40,774 nucleotides of DNA from Mageeibacillus sp. UBA5439 (GTDB lineage: Bacteria > Bacillota > Clostridia > Saccharofermentanales > DTU023): NCBI GenBank assembly GCA_002427505.1, contig DIRJ01000047.1, positions 1 to 40,774 on the forward strand, read 5' to 3'. The notes under the pieces were generated by a model. It saw nothing but the letters and a program-made list of their open reading frames with translations, was not told the origin of the DNA and did not search any database. Position 1 is the stretch's first letter. Each line of letters opens with the position of its first letter. The position numbers and the translations under genes are program-made. Positions 38,652-40,774 of this stretch are shown piece by piece.

Positions 38652-40184
38652 CTACCTGCTTTCCAGCAGACTGGAAGCGAAGTCACGCAGAGATTCTGCA
38701 ATCAGGCTGCGGATCTCATCACGTGATACGGCTGCTTCCTCTTCAGCACCTTCGTTAGCCTGAACGACGAAAGATATACCGTCGAAGAGATTGGTCAAAC
38801 GACCCAGGAAAAGTGAACCTTTACCAATAATCATGACCTTGCTCATATTGCCGTCAAGAATCTCCTTCCTGGCATGACCCAGATAAGGCACACCTGAAGG
38901 AATGTGGCCTTGTGTCGGGGCAAAGCCGGTGACTCCATGCTTAACAACAAAGTCATTCATCTCTTTGCGATCCAGATGTCCACGCTTAACTGCCAGTGCA
39001 CCGATCATCTTCATGTTTGACTGCGGTACATCGCCGGCACCTGCCGGTTTGGTAATGTCGGGATTCTGCATCTCCGGTGAAAACTTGTCGATATCGTTAA
39101 CTTTCAATCCGGCTCTTTCGAGAGGATCAACAACCAGAGAACCAATAACGTTCTGTGGTGAACTGCCGGTACCAACTGTATGAGTACCCTGAATATCAAG
39201 ATTGATTTCAGGATTTATTCCATCATTGGCTGAGATTATAGTAGCGAAACCGCCTAAAACATCTTCCAGAATCGGCAGATCTTTTTTGACGTGATCTTTG
39301 CCGTTCATTCCCAGTTTGGCAGTACTGCCTCCGGCAGTGACGGCCACACACTTGAAGGTGCCGGCTTTAACCAATGAAGCTGCCATGGTAAGTGCATGCG
39401 AAGGTGCAGCACAAAAGCCACGTGTATCAGATCCGCTGGCATTAAGCAGTCCGGCAATCTCTGCAGCTGCTTTGGCAAAGTTGCCGCCACCGCGCTGGTT
39501 CATGTCACCACAGGCCTCTTCCGAACAATCGATCACATATTCGACTTCTCCCGGATCCATGCCGGCGTCTTTAAGTGCATAAAGCAGAGACAAAACACTG
39601 GAAGATTTAGAAACAATATTCTCCAGCATTACATGAGCTGAAAGGTTTTCATCGATAGCATGGGCATTTTTGACGCAGCCAACCAGTTTACCGCTTGAAT
39701 ACAGCGGCTCGGCTTTTTCACTGACAAACTTTTCAATTTGCGCGATTTCGATGCCATCTTCAATACGATCAAGGATCAGTTCCGTAATAATTTTATCTTT
39801 AGCCAGTTCCGGCTTCATCCTGGCCACAAAGTCTTTATCAAGATAAACCAGCTCAAACTCGTCGCAGGCCTGCATCAGGAGATAAAACTCTTCCTGGGGC
39901 ATAATTTCGCCAAATTTCCCATAGCGGTCACTGACAGGGCTGGGCTTGTCATACCAGGGAAACTCAACTTCATTCAGGATTTCCGGAGCATAGTTGCCGA
40001 TATAGATCTGGTTTGGATAATAGGCACAAACCTGTTCATAGCTCCGTATATGGTCTCCCAGTTTTTTCAGATATTCAGATTCAGGGTTAACAATACGCTC
40101 TGTAGTTTGCGTTGTACCATTTTGCAGGACCATATCAGGTACGTGAATCAGGGGATACCCTGTGCCTCGAATTACACTATTCAT
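38652..40184 (-). CDS. grdC: Glycine/sarcosine/betaine reductase component C, beta subunit
   Basis: GTTQTTER, CSEEACGDMNQRGGGN, RGFCAAP, PTQGHIPSG. ATG 40184 after AGGTGG. Confidence 0.95.
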   Translation of the reverse strand: MNSVIRGTGYPLIHVPDMVLQNGTTQTTERIVNPESEYLKKLGDHIRSYEQVCAYYPNQIYIGNYAPEILNEVEFPWYDKPSPVSDRYGKFGEIMPQEEFYLLMQACDEFELVYLDKDFVARMKPELAKDKIITELILDRIEDGIEIAQIEKFVSEKAEPLYSSGKLVGCVKNAHAIDENLSAHVMLENIVSKSSSVLSLLYALKDAGMDPGEVEYVIDCSEEACGDMNQRGGGNFAKAAAEIAGLLNASGSDTRGFCAAPSHALTMAASLVKAGTFKCVAVTAGGSTAKLGMNGKDHVKKDLPILEDVLGGFATIISANDGINPEINLDIQGTHTVGTGSSPQNVIGSLVVDPLERAGLKVNDIDKFSPEMQNPDITKPAGAGDVPQSNMKMIGALAVKRGHLDRKEMNDFVVKHGVTGFAPTQGHIPSGVPYLGHARKEILDGNMSKVMIIGKGSLFLGRLTNLFDGISFVVQANEGAEEEAAVSRDEIRSLIAESLRDFASSLLESR

Positions 40185-40309
40185 TTTAATAGTTCCACCT
40201 TTCATTAATTAAAGTTCCATGTTTATAAAATCCGGCTGTCCGGTTAATTCTGTAATAATCAAGCAGCTCAAAAGTAGGAATAAGGGCAGATTGCTACAGC
40301 TATTTTTTC

Positions 40310-40366
40310 AAAAAAGAAAGCCTCGGCTTCACTACCTGTTGGGGAGCTTGTCCGAGGCGTCTTTTT
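40310..40366 (-). terminator. Long hairpin after grdA
   Basis: AAAAAGA..GCCTCGG / CCGAGGC..TCTTTTT arms, U-run on both strands. Confidence 0.6.
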
Positions 40367-40381
40367 ATCTCATGTGCGCAC

Positions 40382-40774
40382 TTAGCAGAACTTAGTATAT
40401 TCCTCTCTGATCGCTTCCATTTCTTCTGCGATATCATCGAGGTCCAATACCATTTCCATCATACCGACTTGCTCGTCGTAGATGTCAGGATCAAACTCTT
40501 CCTTAACTGCTTCTTCGCATACATGGTATACACAGAGTCCCAACGAGACTCCAGTCAATGGACCTGCATAGGTCGGGTCACCTGCGGTGACCGTTTCAGC
40601 AGCGAGCCCTGCTGCCTCCCCTTCTCCGGCGCCGAGAAGAACTACAACGTTCTCCGCTCCGTACTCATTGGCGAGGTCTAAAACTCTTTGCTGATTCTCA
40701 AGGTCCATTGCACCTGCGGCTGTTCAGACGAAACACTCCGTTGAGGAGTAGACAACCTCAGCACCTGCGGATTC
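40382..40774 (-). CDS. grdA: Reductase selenoprotein A (5' end outside window)
   Basis: Frame reads [17 protein letters not shown](TGA 40726-40724)[11 protein letters not shown], in frame with the track ORF at 40708. GDPTYAGPL motif, acidic C-terminus. Confidence 0.96.

Noticed and set aside
27034-40774. Expected tRNA-Sec (selC) and selU
   Set aside because: No UCA-anticodon cloverleaf or SelU-like ORF was found by eye; presumably elsewhere or absent.
1-40774. CRISPR arrays, IS elements, prophage or defence genes
   Set aside because: No periodic repeat-spacer pattern or matching protein motifs were seen.

Overview
This is a chromosomal segment from an anaerobic Firmicute, Clostridia-like by gene content. 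Left part (1-9.0 kb, downstream of a tRNA-Leu) is accessory-looking. It holds a C39-like lipoprotein peptidase missed by the ORF track, an atypical amino-acid ABC importer (circularly permuted binding domain fused to the permease; ATPase with an RsbW-like tail), an alpha/beta hydrolase, a feoA-feoA-feoB operon with a Cys-rich peptide and two TTAG-N6-CTAA boxes, and an XRE membrane regulator. Middle part (9-27 kb) is mostly housekeeping: lepA, lepB, aspS, hisS, a DtxR/MntR regulator, tRNA-Val, OsmC, htrA, whiA, rapZ, murB, hprK, a Zn-ribbon/vWA membrane protein and pyk. Right part (27-40.8 kb) is a selenium-utilisation cluster: LysR, lipid-kinase-like gene, selD, class V PLP lyase, yedE, yedF, DUF3343, selA and selB. 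It abuts the glycine/sarcosine/betaine reductase core genes grdA-grdC-grdD. selD and grdA are truncated in the ORF track because each has an in-frame UGA best read as selenocysteine. I saw no tRNA-Sec, integrase, transposase or CRISPR array. All calls come from motif recognition by eye, without database searches.
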